DNA of 64,000 nt from Balanoglossus misakiensis. Taxonomy: Eukaryota > Animalia > Hemichordata. Numbering within the stretch: position 1 is the stretch's first letter; every line of letters starts with the position of its first letter. Position numbers and translations under genes: made by a program. The DNA lies in the NCBI GenBank assembly GCA_040954595.2, contig CM082598.2:7703097-7767096 (forward strand), given 5' to 3'. Positions 51,431 through 64,000 of the stretch are shown piece by piece. The notes beneath the pieces are model-generated. The model was given only the letters and a program-made list of their open reading frames with translations, ran no database searches and was not told the DNA's origin.

Positions 51431-51993
51431 AAAACTGTCAGAGATATACAGTCAAAACAAGATGAACTGGTTCAGCAAAATAAGGTGTTAAGCGACAGGA
51501 TTGGTGAGCTTGAGAACGAAGTCGTCGGGCTACGCTCTCAAAGTTGTCGAAATAACGTCATTTTCAGAGGAGTAAAAAAACTAGAAGGTGAGACATGGAA
51601 TGACTGTGAAAAGGTTGTTCGTGACATTCTGAAATCAAAATTTGACGTAGCAGAAGCAGATGACGAGAAGCAAGTTCCCATCGAACGAGCGCACAGACTA
51701 AATATAAAAACGAAGAAAGGAGTTCCACGACCAATTATTGTCAAGTTTCTATCATTCAAGACGAAGTCCAGATACTGCAAAAGGCACGTGGCATCTTGAC
51801 CAGAGAATCAGACATGAGCGTGAGTGAAGATCTTCCGCCACAAGTTCGTCGTTCTCGCAAAAAACTCATTCCGTTTCTTGTCAAGGTGAGAGAAGAGGGA
51901 AAACGCGCCCATTTGTATTTTGATAAGCTTGTGATTGACAGTAAGAAATATCAACTTGACGAAAAGGGTGATTTGATTGCAACTGGTCGTTAG
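51431..51993 (+). pseudogene. LINE ORF1, 3' half (coiled coil, L1-like RRM and CTD), frameshift ~51770
   Basis: SCRNNVIFRGV, IERAHRL, PRPIIVKF, VSEDLPPQVRRSRKKLIP, AHLYFDKLVID. Confidence 0.88.
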
Positions 51994-54900
51994 AGGTGTG
52001 GCCAAGCCCCGATTACTAATTATTTTCAGGGAGAAAACGTTTTTGAGAAATCTCCTACAGTCTTGGGTAAAAATATCCACTCTGTTGTAGCGTGGAATGC
52101 CAGAGGATTGAAAAACCATATCTATGATATAGAGCTAAAACGTTATTTTTCCAAGTTTTCTATAGTGTGTATTTCAGAGACATGGGCAAATACAAATCAT
52201 GAGTTTTCAGGGTGGTTACCAACGCATAAGTGTCATTCGGTCATTAGAAAACGAACCCGGAAATTTGGTCGTTATTCGGGTGGAGTTTGTGTGTTTATTT
52301 TGAAAGAAATTGATAAGTATGTACGAAGAATACTTCAGACTACTGAAGATACTGTTTGCTTGTTTATTGATAAGAATGCCTTTCATACGCCGCGTGATAT
52401 TATTGTTTGCGGTGTCTACGTTTCACCAGAGGGTGCATCAATTTACCAAGAGGGTGAATCAAATGTCATTTTACGACTGGAAAACTGTATTATTGACATA
52501 AATGTACAATTTGAAAACTGTGACTTTGTGTTATTGGGGGATTTCAATGCGAGAGTCGGAGATTTACTTGATTTTGTCATCGAAGATGAAGGAGACACGA
52601 ATCAATATGGTTATGAACTTGATTATTTTGAAACACACAGAAAATCCCGAGATGAAGTTGTAAATTCTTTTGGGCGTTCATTAATAGAGATGTGTTATGA
52701 CCAGCATTTACATTTGGTAAACAGTCGTTTTGCTGGTGACAGAGATGGAAACTTCACCTGTTGTACTAATAACGGGGTCAGTGTTGTTGATTATGTAATA
52801 CTCAGTACACCTTTGTTTCAATATGTAAATGACTTTGTAGTTGACACGTTAGACGTCTCTGATCATTTTCCTATTCATTGTTATTTTAATTTTCCTAATG
52901 CTATGATAGCGGAACCAGATACTAGAACTCAAAAAAATACTATGTTTTTGCACTCTTGGAATAAATTTCGCTGGAAACCCTGTCTTATTGAAGGATTTAA
53001 ATATAAACTACAGGATGAGTTGTTTAATCAAATGCACCAGGTTTTTTACCGCAATATTGAACAGTTGAATGTAGATGAGGCTACGGGTGTTCTGACCGAG
53101 ATTTATTCTAGAGCTGGTTCTGACATGGTAGTAAATAGCCGAGACACGTGTCACTCAAATAGAAATACTGCTAACAAAGCGTGGTGGGATAGAGACTGCT
53201 GGTTCGCAAGAAATAAGAAATTTGATTGTCTAAATAAATACCGTAAGTCAAATAGAGATGATGATCTTAGAAATTATGTAGAAGCCCGTAACTATTTCAA
53301 GGAGTTGTGTAAAATCAAAATCAAGAATTATAAAGTGAAACAGTGTAATACTCTTTTGGAAAATACCAATGACCAGTGTAAGTTTTGGAAGACAATCAAA
53401 GAAATAAGAGGGAATAGAAGTGTATCTTCCCCAAATAACAAGATTGATTCAAAGAAGTGGTTTGACTATTTTAAAAATTTATTGAATGTTTCCAACGAAT
53501 CTATTTGTAGTTCATTTCATAAAAAGATTTCTATGGATGTCAGACTTCATGATGATAATTGTGAGCTTTGTCGACTTAACTTACCTGTGGATGTAAATAG
53601 AATAATAACGGTACAAGATGTCACTGAATGTATTCGTCATTTAAAGAACTCAAAGTCACCTGGCCCAGATGGGCTTGTGAACGAAATGTTTAAAATCAGT
53701 AGTGATGTACTTTTACAAAGTCTTTGTGATCTATTTAATGATATTTTAACCACAGGAGTATTTCCTAGTTGTTGGGGACAAGGCATAATTTACCCACTTC
53801 ACAAAAAGGGTGATACTGCTGACGTCAACAATTTTCGGGGGATTTCCCTTCTCTCTTCTGTGAGTAAAATCTTTACTAAAATTATTAATGAACGCTTGGT
53901 AAAGTGGACAAAGGAAAACAATATAATTATTGAAGCCCAGGCCGGCTTCCGCAAAGGTTATGGTACTATGGATAACATTTTTTCTTTACAGTGTCTTGTA
54001 CAAAAATATTTGTCACAGAAAAAGGGTAGATTGTATTGTATATTTATTGATTTTTCCAAAGCATTTGATCGAGTTACTCACAAATATTTACGGCATAGGT
54101 TGATGTCCTACGGATTGCATGGGAGATTTTTGAAAGTGTATGAAAACATTCATTCTTGCGTTTTATGCAATGGCGGCTTAACTGATAGCTTTGTATGTAA
54201 AGTTGGTACATGTCAAGGGTGTATGCTTAGTCCTATTCTGTTTAGTATTTTTATAAATGAACTTGCATCATATATGAATAGACATGATAATGGAGGCATT
54301 TTTGTTAATACTGATTATAACAATATTGGTATTCTGATGTATGCTGATGACGTGGCAGATGTAGCAGACTTGCCCATAAAACTGCAAAGAAAACTTAATC
54401 AGCTTGAAGCATTTTGTAATGACTGGAGTATGTCAGTAAATTTAGACAAATCAAAAATAATTGTCTTCCGAAATGGGGGAATTTTAAAATGGTTCGAAAA
54501 GTGGGTCTATAATCACGAACCTGTAGACGTTGTTAAACATTACAATTATCTTGGTATTATTTTCTCTTCAAGGTTATCCTGGTCACCGTCCAAGGATAAT
54601 TTGGTGACAAAAGCAAACAAAGCTCTGTACCAAATACAAATTGTTATAAGGAAACTGGATGGTATTCCTCTAAATCAGGCTTTAAAGCTATTTGACACAA
54701 CTGTAGCTCCAATACTTTGTTATTGAGCAGAAATTTGGGGATACGAGTATTCACTTGTAATTGAAAGGGTACAATTTAAGTTCTGTAGATTTCTTTTGGG
54801 TGTTAACTCCAGTGTAAACCATGAAGTTCTGCTCGGGGAATGTGGAAGGTTGCCACTCTCCTGCACATACATGAGGCGTTGTATTTCATACTGGCTTAAA

Positions 54901-55566
54901 CTATTAGAGATGGAAAATTCTCGATACCCAAAAGCCTGTTACGAAATGTTGAGAAAATTAGACTCCGCTGGGAGAGTTACATGGGCGACAAAGGTACGGG
55001 AATTATTGTTCAAGTATGGATTTGGTGTTGTTTGGTTTAAGCAACAGGTGGGGGAGCCAAATATGTTTTTGAAAATGTTCTATGAACGATTACGTGATTG
55101 TTGCAGACAGGAATGGTCAGCTTCAATTAATGATTTCCATAGATTGCGTCAGTATGCTCAATATAAATCCATGCTTGAACCTGAATTATACTTGTCATGT
55201 ATTAAAATTACAAAATTTAAATTTGACCTGGCACGTGTTCGCTGCTCAAGTCATAAGTTAGCCATTGAAAAAGGACGGCACTGTACGCCATCTATACCCT
55301 TGTATCAGAGAATATGTCCTTACTGTGAAAAGCAAGGTATAGCAATTGTTGAGGATGAGTGTCATTTTTTGCTATTGTGTCCATTGTATGAGGAGGAGAG
55401 GTCAAAGCTTATTCCTCTAAAATTCCGTATTAACCCTACACGGGAAAAATGTTTTATTTTGTTAAATTCTAAAACTCAGCAACTTCAATATACACTTGCA
55501 GTTTTCATTCATAAGTCTTTTAAGAAGCGGGATTACTTTGTACAGCAGCAAACACAGCAGAATTGA
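51994..55566 (+). pseudogene. RTE-X-like ORF2 (AP endonuclease, RT, C-terminal Cys/His domain) with one in-frame stop at 54724
   Basis: WNARGL, ISETW, LGDFNAR, VDY, SDHFPI; KSPGPDG, FRGISLL, QAGFRKG, DFSKAFD, QGCMLSP, YADD; Y*AEIWG; HKLAIEKGR..RICPYC..EDECHFLLLCPLY. Confidence 0.92.
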
Positions 55567-55683
55567 TACGCTGGCTTATAGTTTAATTCCATGTAATATT
55601 TCTCTCTGTAAACAGAGTGTCTTTATGTGATGGGCTGAGGCCCTGACATTTGAAATAAACAAACAAACAAACTAAATATTGTC

Positions 55684-56898
55684 TTATTCGAAGCAACTTT
55701 TAGAAAATGATTCCCCATGGAAGTATATAGCATATTTATACTTTCAAAGACTGGGGGCATCAGATTTTTATTAAACAGTAATTATGACGTCAAACGCATT
55801 CCTTTTAAAATCCCAATGTTTTACTTGGATATTTTGACATATTTTTCGGAACTGAAAAACGTGGAAATTCATACAGCCCAGGAGGTCGCGTCACAATTCA
55901 TATGGAATAACAAATATGTTACTGTCGATGGGAACACCATATTCTACAAAAAAATGGTTCCAACAGGGTAATAAGTACATAAGCGATTTCCTTGATGTCA
56001 CTGGTGCTCCACTTCCCTGGCAGGTGTTTAAGGAAAAGTTTAACGTCAATGTAGATTTTATAACATTTAGTGGCGTTATCTCCTCAATACCAAGAAAATG
56101 GAAAGAATTATTGAGAAATGTAAGTTTCATTCCAGCAACTGATGAAAATACACAAGAATATCTTGAAAATAATCCAATTCGATCATGCACCACAAAGGAA
56201 TTCTACGAGATGTTTAAGCAAAAAAAGTTTCTCCCACCCACTTCAGAAAAAAAGTACTCTAAAATGAATTATGCGCAAAACGTTAACTGGACAAAAATAT
56301 GAAAACTGCCATATGAAACCACAAAAGAAGTGAAATTGAGAGTTTTTCAATTTAAAATTAATCACCGTATACAAGCTACAAACCTTTTTTAATGAATAAT
56401 AAAATAAAAGACAGTGATAGCTGTCAACACTGCAATTTGCAAGAAACTTTAGAGCATTTATTCCGGGAATGTAGTGAAGCCAGAAAATTTTGGACCACCT
56501 TTCAAAAATTCTACCAGTTTAAAACAAATAAAATTATCACACTATCTTGTCGAGATGTCCTTTTTGGTGTCCTTCCTCAAAACAGAAACTCACTACTAAA
56601 CCATTTATTAATTATAGCAAAATACCATTTATATGCAATCCGTTTTTTAAATGAGAAACCGTCTCTTGCTGTCTTCATTGAAAAAGTTAAAAGTATTGTA
56701 ATCTCAGAAAAAAATATTGCAAAGAAAAATGGAAAAATCAATCATTTTCACGATAAATGGAAAGTAATCCTACCACTGTGATGTATTTAGATTCTCGATT
56801 ATGACAATTGTTGTCCTTGTTTTTGATTTGTTTTTGCTCTTTGCCCTCCCATTCCTTTTGTTTTGTGTTTTTGACTTCCCTTGCTTTGAAAAAAAAAC
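55684..56898 (+). pseudogene. 3' part of the Tx1/L1-type LINE ORF2 (zf-RVT-like) and 3' UTR
   Basis: FIWNNKYV..FYKKW, FQFKINHR, CQHCNLQETLEHLFREC..FW, LNHLLIIAKYHLY; stop 56781; T-rich UTR and short A-run. Confidence 0.85.
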
Positions 56899-58137
56899 GA
56901 GTCAGCATTTTTTCACCAATGGTTTGTCTATGGGCAAACAATTTACCAAAGTTTATCTCAAAATAGATTGCAGTGACCATATGATTTCATTTGACCAATA
57001 AATTTATTTTTACTTGACTGAATATGTGTATAATTTTGTGAAAATGACAATAGTAGAAGGGAGTTTTTCTAGCGATTCTCAATGTAATCCTTCATGGGAA
57101 AAGACAAACAGATCTAATTTGCACAGTTTACAAGTTTATGTTCTGCACGTACATCATTAAGAGGGGAATCTCTAGCAACGTTGGGGATAAATTATCAGAG
57201 AGAACACAGGTATCTTTCACTCTGGTCAAAAAAAACTCTGATCGTACCGTCGCCTCTTGGTATCATCAAAACGCAGTGACTTTTAAGTGAGACAAGAACG
57301 TGTCTGGACAAATTGTTTTATGACCAAAGCGATATCTTTGATAAATGTGTGTATAACATCACAACACCATGGCCACACCCATTCCTTTGAGTGACATCTT
57401 GCTTATCTCAAAAGTCATCGCAAAATAACATTGTTGCTAACAGTCATTGGCACTCAGCTATACATAGGGATAGTTGGTCCAAGCTTAAACTTTAACAATT
57501 CATGTTGATTGATTTTATCTGTGTAGTATCGAGCGTCGACATCGACAAGACAGTTACGGTGTTACGCTCAAAGTGGAACTAATCGCTTCCACGTACAAGA
57601 AGAGATATGTGTGATTATGGACATCGTTCATGGTGGGACTAATACATGTACATAGACTGGAGTTTTACAGTAAAATGGGGCTGAAAGTTTGTTTCTATGT
57701 TGAACAGAAAATGAGATACTGACTGGATTTCAAATCAACACCAAAAAAAAAGTCCAAATGAATTACATGTAATTATTCCATAATTGTTTGCATTAAATAT
57801 TATTGTTTAGTTGTGACAACTTTTGAGGTTCAGTGCTGTTTGTATTTGACTGCACGCAAAGAAACTTTGTGAGCACGCATATAAAATATATCCATTGTGA
57901 GCAGTGCATCTAGCAATGAACCCTGTACATATACCAATAATTGTGCCGATCAATTTGTATGATTGTCCATTCAAAATTTTTGTTTCTGTTCTGTTTTATA
58001 ATTGTGTCAACGTTTTATTTCCTTTGACGGGGATGGAAGCATCTTCACCCGCGCCCGTCGATGTCAATGGAATTAAAATTACGCAATTCTCATTCCATGT
58101 TTTCATGCTGGCTTTTGGAGACATTCATGTGATAGAA

Positions 58138-58293
58138 AAGACTCTCTCACAGCCCCCTTCGCAGTCCATGCAGGCTTATGGTCTGATTGCAAGGTTCGCT
58201 ACACAACACCATATGAGGCTTCCCCATTGCTAAACGGTTCTGGGCGCGTCAGTGAAGAGCCTTGTAGCGAACCATGGGCTGTGAGAGAGTCTA
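58138..58293. mobile_element. Short non-autonomous element with 9-bp TSD (AcademH-like)
   Basis: GTGATAGAA at 58129-58137 and 58294-58302; TIR AGACTCTCTCACAGCCC / GGGCTGTGAGAGAGTCT(A); absent from the paralogous site at ~18810. Confidence 0.8.
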
Positions 58294-58802
58294 GTGATAG
58301 AAATGGCTATTTTATATTTACATGTACTATAAAGCAATGTCAAGTTATTTTTTTCATAAATAGTGAAACACATAACTGAAGTTTTGTTGGCCTTATTTGA
58401 CTTCATAATTGTCCCTTCTTCATTCTGTCAATATTTAATTAATCCACATTAACTGTAGAGTTATCGAGTCAATCAGAGCAATTAGCCCACATTCCCGGAC
58501 CCCAAACTTTAGACTATCAGCAGTCATCACTCCCCAGGCACGAAGGCACATCATCTATGTGAGCTGAGGCACTGAAGACCCGAGCTGAACAGAAACAACT
58601 TTGCACAGTTTAGTAGTACGCAAAACTTGGCCAAAACAACACAGGCGGTTTTCAATTCTTTCCAGCAAGCTTCTTAGTTTGATACAACTAGGTAAAAATG
58701 GACTATATATATCAGCACAGAAATATCTCTTAAGTTTACCCTGTTTGACTCTATATCAACTTGTTGCTTCAAAATATCGCTATGCTCAGGTACATGGCTT
58801 AA

Positions 58803-59151
58803 AGGGACAAAGTCTCTCCCTCGCTGCCCTTTTACCATTAATTATGTTTGATACAAGACACCATTCATGTAATTCTACATGTGGATTTATAGTGAATCAA
58901 CGTTCGACCACACACAACTTCCATTCCACTTGTAGACATGAGAGTGAAAAAAACTCGCCCAAATGAATAATCAGTGTTTACCGTTTATTCATTTTGCCGA
59001 GATTTTTACTCTCATATCCTACAAACGGGATGAAAGTTGTGTGTGTTCGAACGGTAATTCACTATATATCCACATGTAGAATATCCTAAACGCTGTCTTC
59101 TATCAAACATAATTAATGGAAAAAGGGCATCGAGAGAGAGACTTTGTCCCC
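58803..59151. mobile_element. Palindromic Kolobok-type MITE, 349 bp
   Basis: TTAA on both sides; AGGGACAAAGTCTCTC / GAGAGACTTTGTCCCC; imperfect inverted arms run almost to the centre. Confidence 0.85.
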
Positions 59152-59547
59152 TTAATTGCCTAGACAAGCAGGCTTCATAGGGGTGGACTGGATGAGGAAA
59201 TGAACATTAATTTTTGGTCAGATTGTCTTCACAGATTTACTACATGTGTCAACTTGAGGTCAACGTTCATGAGCAACAAACATTGTAAACAATTTTGAAT
59301 TGAGTTTTATAACTGGTTTGGATGTAAATGACTATAATACTGTATGACAGCACCCAAACAGTTTATTGAATTATATTGGAGAAATCTCGGGGATGAACTA
59401 TAGTCGTATTTAATTGCCAATATCCAAGTTAGGTCACAATACACTTCAATATAGATGCTAACTTTTCATGTTGGGATTGGAAATTTGATTCGCCCATGCA
59501 GTCAAATTTAGATAGCAAGAAATAATTTTCTCTGTGTGTAGCCCTTA

Positions 59548-62500
59548 TAGTCAGGTGGAAATTTCAGAAAATGAGCATTTTAAAAGCATGTCAGGCATTT
59601 TTTGGTACAAGCTGGGAACAAGTTGTTTTTGGATATTTCGAATACGCTGATTTCGAATTTGCCTGTTCCCAAAAATTCTTTTCACGTTTTCATATCGAAA
59701 ATGGCAAATTAATTTGTGACGTCATAATTTCAAAATACCTAAATGAAAACGCTGTTTGTAGCCATTATGGTGCAATATCACAGGTCAACACCATAATAGT
59801 CTATTGAAATCATATTCTTATATTCATTTAAATATTTTTAAACAATTTTTTTAATGTAGAAACATTTGGTGAATTGGTAAAAATGCTCATTTATGTTAAT
59901 TAGGTGACACGCCCATCTAAAAAAAATGGTCTACAAAAGAGAGCCAACAGTGTTAAGTGAGGTGTCTATTCCAATGTTTTCAGGGTCAAAGAATTCAAAT
60001 ATGCAATCGTTTACGTTGTCAGACAAGGTGCAGCATGGAAAATATGCAAAATTAGTTTAATTAGTCATGATGTCATGCTAAAATTGACAACTGAAAGCTA
60101 ATGATACGACTATGACCTGTGAGGTGTCCATTCATATGTTTTTTGACAAATGTTTGCATTTTAATGAATAACTGAAATGAAACTTTTCATATTTGTATGT
60201 AATAGCATGTAAAAAAACAACAAAAACAAACAAACAAATAAACATACACAACGAGGATTTAGTTTAGACTGTACATGCTCGCTGGTAACATCGTGACAGA
60301 CCGCTCCGTTAAAAAAACACCAGAACATTGAATGTATGAACGTTTCGGTCCAAAATTCACAAGTTATTGAACTATGAATGTATGTTTAATGTTGTGAAAA
60401 GCCAAAAACATACTTTATGCCAAGAAAACTGGCATTTAACGTACAAGTTGTTCATTAATAGCGAAAGCATCGTATGGCCACACTCACATTATGCCAGCAC
60501 CGTATATTCATGCTTAGTTATAAGACGTTGAATGCACACTGATGGCCCGACGTCCTCGGTGTTTTTTTGAAACCCGGTCTCTAACAACAATTTCTCTTCA
60601 TAAGTAAAGAGTAATGTGTATTTTTATTACGTTTGTATATATGATACTGTGTGCAAAGTGAAGATTGTGTGTCAGTGAGGCAACATATATACATGTATAT
60701 TTAATCCACTTGGGTGTTGTACTTGGCTCAGATGTGTGTTAATGTGTACTAAACAAATTCAGCTAGCGAGCCACAATATCTGTTGATGAGTTTCCATGGC
60801 AACCATTTTTTCATAATGGCCGCCAATGCAGATAATCTCACCCACCAAATACCAATTATAAAACACCAAAATAAATTCATATTACAATATTTGAAACAAG
60901 AAACTGCTCAAAGAGTAATTTTCAAAATATTTATCATCACTAAACTAGTTATAGGTGTAAATACAGGATCGAGATTCAGTCGCTAAAGAAATTCAAGTTT
61001 GGTAATAACCCCGGTTACAACAAACTTAGTTAAAACACTGTATAACCATAACATTTGGGCATTTTGTGATAAACGTTTAACAAGTAAAGCTCAGTTGATT
61101 CGTTCTTTTCCCCATAAAATATCTTTGATGAACAAAATTCCAAATTTAGTCAACCCAAGAAAAAACGGCATCTTGTTTCTCAACCTTACAAATTGATCTG
61201 ACCAGTTTGAATCAGTGCAGAATCTAGCTTTTCTATTTTATCTTCATCAAATGATTCATGCAAATAAAGAATCACTTCCCCATAAAATGGTGGCAGAAAT
61301 CCAGTATCATGACAGTCGTTTGGTTTGTTAAAGATACTATAGAAACTAAGGGACCGTACAGTTTTTACGGCTGGGGGGGGGGGCAAGTTTGTGTCATCGG
61401 TTTTCAAAATCAGGCCGACCCCCCCTTCACCCAGCACCAAAAAATGATGACCCCCCCCCCCTTTGACAGACCCAAAAATATGATGACCCCCCCCCCACGC
61501 CGAAAACATTCGCCGTCCTGATCCTATGTACACTGTATCCAATAAAGGGAATGAGGCTCCTCACACCTCAATTATAAATTTCTTAAACGTAATTGAAGTA
61601 TATAATAATATATTGTTGCAATAAAGAAATCTATGATCAAAATAAAATGACAAGTCAATACAATAGTTGCTAGAATTGGTAAAACAAGAAAAGTGGCGGG
61701 GGTGGGCTTGGGAGGGGGTGTCCCCCTCCCACATAAGAAAATTTTGTAAAATACGGTGCTCAAAGTTGCATTTTAATGAACTCAAAAGCAAATTAACTCA
61801 ATGTTAGGCCGGAAAAATTTTAATTTTGGCACCCCACTCAAAGTAAGCTGGGGTGGCAAGAAGTATGCTGGGCTTGGTGCACTAGACAAACCAGCAAAAA
61901 ACGAAATGTGGCGGAGAATGAAGGGGGTGGGTGTGAGAAAATTTTGTAAAATAAAGGGCGCGAAACTGCAATTTTGTGGACTCAAAAGTAAAAGTTCAGT
62001 GGCAAAAGTATGTGACGCCCCCCCCTAAACGTTTTAAAAAAAACAGATGGCCCCCCCTTTTGGACTTCAAAATTTAAGTGAACCCCCTGGATTTTGCCAC
62101 CCCCCCCCCCCCGGCCGTATAAACTGAATGGTTCCTAACTTTGTCTAGGTTGCATGTACATAGATAGTGGTTAGGAATCAAAATCAAAATCTGTTTCAAA
62201 CTTTTCATCCAATACTTGTCCTTCGGAAAGCGTTTTGATGAAGTCGCTTGAAGTGCTTTGTATTGCTCATGTTATCGATAATTTTAATCGCACCTTGATG
62301 ATAGTCAGCAGTTCTATATTGATATGTTATTTTGTGTATTTTTGAACCCCCAAAATCAAAGAATAAAATGATAAAGTGAAAATAAGCTTCAAAACACCAA
62401 AAGTCTTCAGGATCACAAGTTTTCTGTAAAGAGTAAGATTTCGCTTACTTCATGCTATTAAGGTGGCATTGCATGAAAAGTTGTGATTTTTGCCAAATTT

Positions 62501-64000
62501 TACTTCTTTACATAAATCGGTAGGCCTAATACTCACCCACATCCTGACTAATACGTCTTGGCGGAAATCGTGCACAATCACCCCCAAATAGCACTTTTCT
62601 GAATGAGTTCACAGCTTAACAAATAGGTGTCAACAATGCAAATGGCCGTTTTTCTCGGTTTGCATTTTCGCTGCTTTTGACAACTTCGGACTAAAATAGC
62701 TTCGCCCTGCATTGGCCGAATTTGCTCAAATTTTGACAGGGAATTGTGTATGACCCATCCAACAAAACGCTAGTTTTGTTTGTCGATAAAGTGTCCCTGG
62801 CGGGAATAAACTCTGATTCAATACAACTCACCGTGAATTTGATCAAATTTTCTGAAAATCTAACTTTCAAACGCTGTTACTCCTGAAGTTTTCCGTAATA
62901 TCTCTTGCAAAGTCAGATCTTTACACATTGAGATATTAGAATGGAAGTATACATTCCAAGTGACTTGTTGGGAGCATTGGGCCACCTAATCCCAGAAAAT
63001 TGCAATAAGACCTGTTTTTCCACTAACCAATCTAAACGCCAACTGCTTGTATATTTAGTTGGGTTTCTATAATTAACACACATTTTTGACAATATTTATG
63101 GCATGATGGACACTATTCTCGACAAATAAAATAATGTTGTGTCCACCGGTGTAATTTTTATGAGTTTGGAATCATAGACACCATTTATCTTTTGGTCAAC
63201 TCTGTTAACAGTCGCCAAAATTGCTGGAGTCGAACTGATATATGATCTAAAGTATCAAGACATATGGTCGATTATTAACGTTTCTGCAATTCGACTTAAG
63301 TTTCTTTAATTTCCTATGGCATTTTGACAAACATCAACGCCCCGAAAAAACGTTGTCAACGCTGCGGTGGCGATTGTGGTCGAAACAAAGCCGCGTGGTT
63401 CGTTACCCGGGGTCCATTTAGATTGCATTGCGTTTGAGGCCCTATGTCTGTCGACCAATAAATGTGACGACCGCGGACTCAGTTTGGATCAACGTCTATT
63501 TCGGGCAGTGGACTCTCCTATCAAGTTGATAAGGAAATTTTACCAGTCACGAGTAAGCCAAGACCACATCCTTGTGCAATTCGAATATATCGGTGATCTG
63601 TTTATATGATAATCATTAGCTAAGGTGGTAAACTGTTGCGATTCATATGTGTAATTTACGTACTGCAAGTTAAATATCGCAATTAGCCTAATGTTTGACC
63701 ACAGGCAGTATGGTTTGATTTCTAAAGGAGCACCTATTAATCCGAGAACAAATAGTTGCGCCTTTAAATTGTTTTTTAATAACTTACTTACCCCTATAGG
63801 TAGTTTAGTAACCATAATATCATTGAAAATCATTCTTTCCACAGTTCCTTGTATCAAATATAGAAATCTAAATTTATTTTGGTGTTCACAGATGTTATTT
63901 GGTGGGTGAAATTATCTGTATTGGTGGCCATTTTGAAAAATTGGTTGCCATGGAAACTCATCAACAGATATTTAGTGACTCGCTATCTGAATTTGTTTAG
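59548..64000. mobile_element. Probable long-TIR non-autonomous element (Academ-like), running off the window
   Basis: Starts TAGTCAGGTGG where paralogy with ~20495 stops; 60749-~60955 is an inverted match to ~63790-64000. Confidence 0.5.
61350..62135. mobile_element. TWA-flanked MITE, copy 2 (inverted relative to 19103-20182)
   Basis: TAA|GGGACCGTACAGTTTTTACGG ... CCGTATAAACTGAATGGTTCC|TAA; internal sequence is the reverse complement of copy 1. Confidence 0.85.

Larger units (their letters stand above)
22362..55675 (+). mobile_element. Full-length RTE-X-like non-LTR retrotransposon (~5 kb own sequence) inflated by a 28-kb insertion in ORF1
   Basis: 8-bp TSD ATATTGTC (22354-22361, 55676-55683); AATAAA(CAAA)n tail; ORF1 halves rejoin in frame; ORF2 APE+RT+Cys/His domain. 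Confidence 0.85.

Noticed and set aside
57000-58075. Host exons paralogous to the putative 18.4-kb exon
   Set aside because: No matching ATG/donor or protein similarity seen.
62458-63300. Possible additional TTAA|GGTGGC Kolobok MITE
   Set aside because: No convincing matching right TIR plus TTAA could be located.

Overview
Eukaryotic DNA, probably a marine invertebrate judging by the TE families, made almost entirely of nested transposable elements. No host gene is confidently supported. Nest 1 (1-14.8 kb): the 3' end of a hAT/ZNF862-like transposase, then an intron-containing MULE-like (DDE + CxxH + SWIM) transposase pseudogene. That gene is split by a TTAA-flanked Kolobok-type MITE and by a 9.3-kb decayed Academ element (TAG..CTA long TIRs, TTA TSD), which itself holds a recent Mag-type Gypsy. 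Nest 2 (20.9-57 kb): an old Tx1/L1-type LINE split by an RTE-X-like LINE (2A-like peptide in ORF1; ORF1 and ORF2 in frame across one TAG). The ORF1 of that LINE is split by a 28-kb block of Helentron-type non-autonomous elements (HINE-like). That block is the most striking structure: 13 element tails and 11 hairpin heads arranged like nested brackets, with detached heads stacked at 47.2-48.8 kb, subtype-matched subterminal repeats, an internal ~240-bp tandem repeat and an emerging dimeric higher-order repeat. It also hosts a chromodomain-bearing Gypsy, a probable solo LTR and a TAA-flanked MITE. The rest is MITEs and an old diverged duplication (~18.8-20.5 kb vs ~58.1-59.5 kb). All family assignments come from motif and structure recognition by eye, not database searches.
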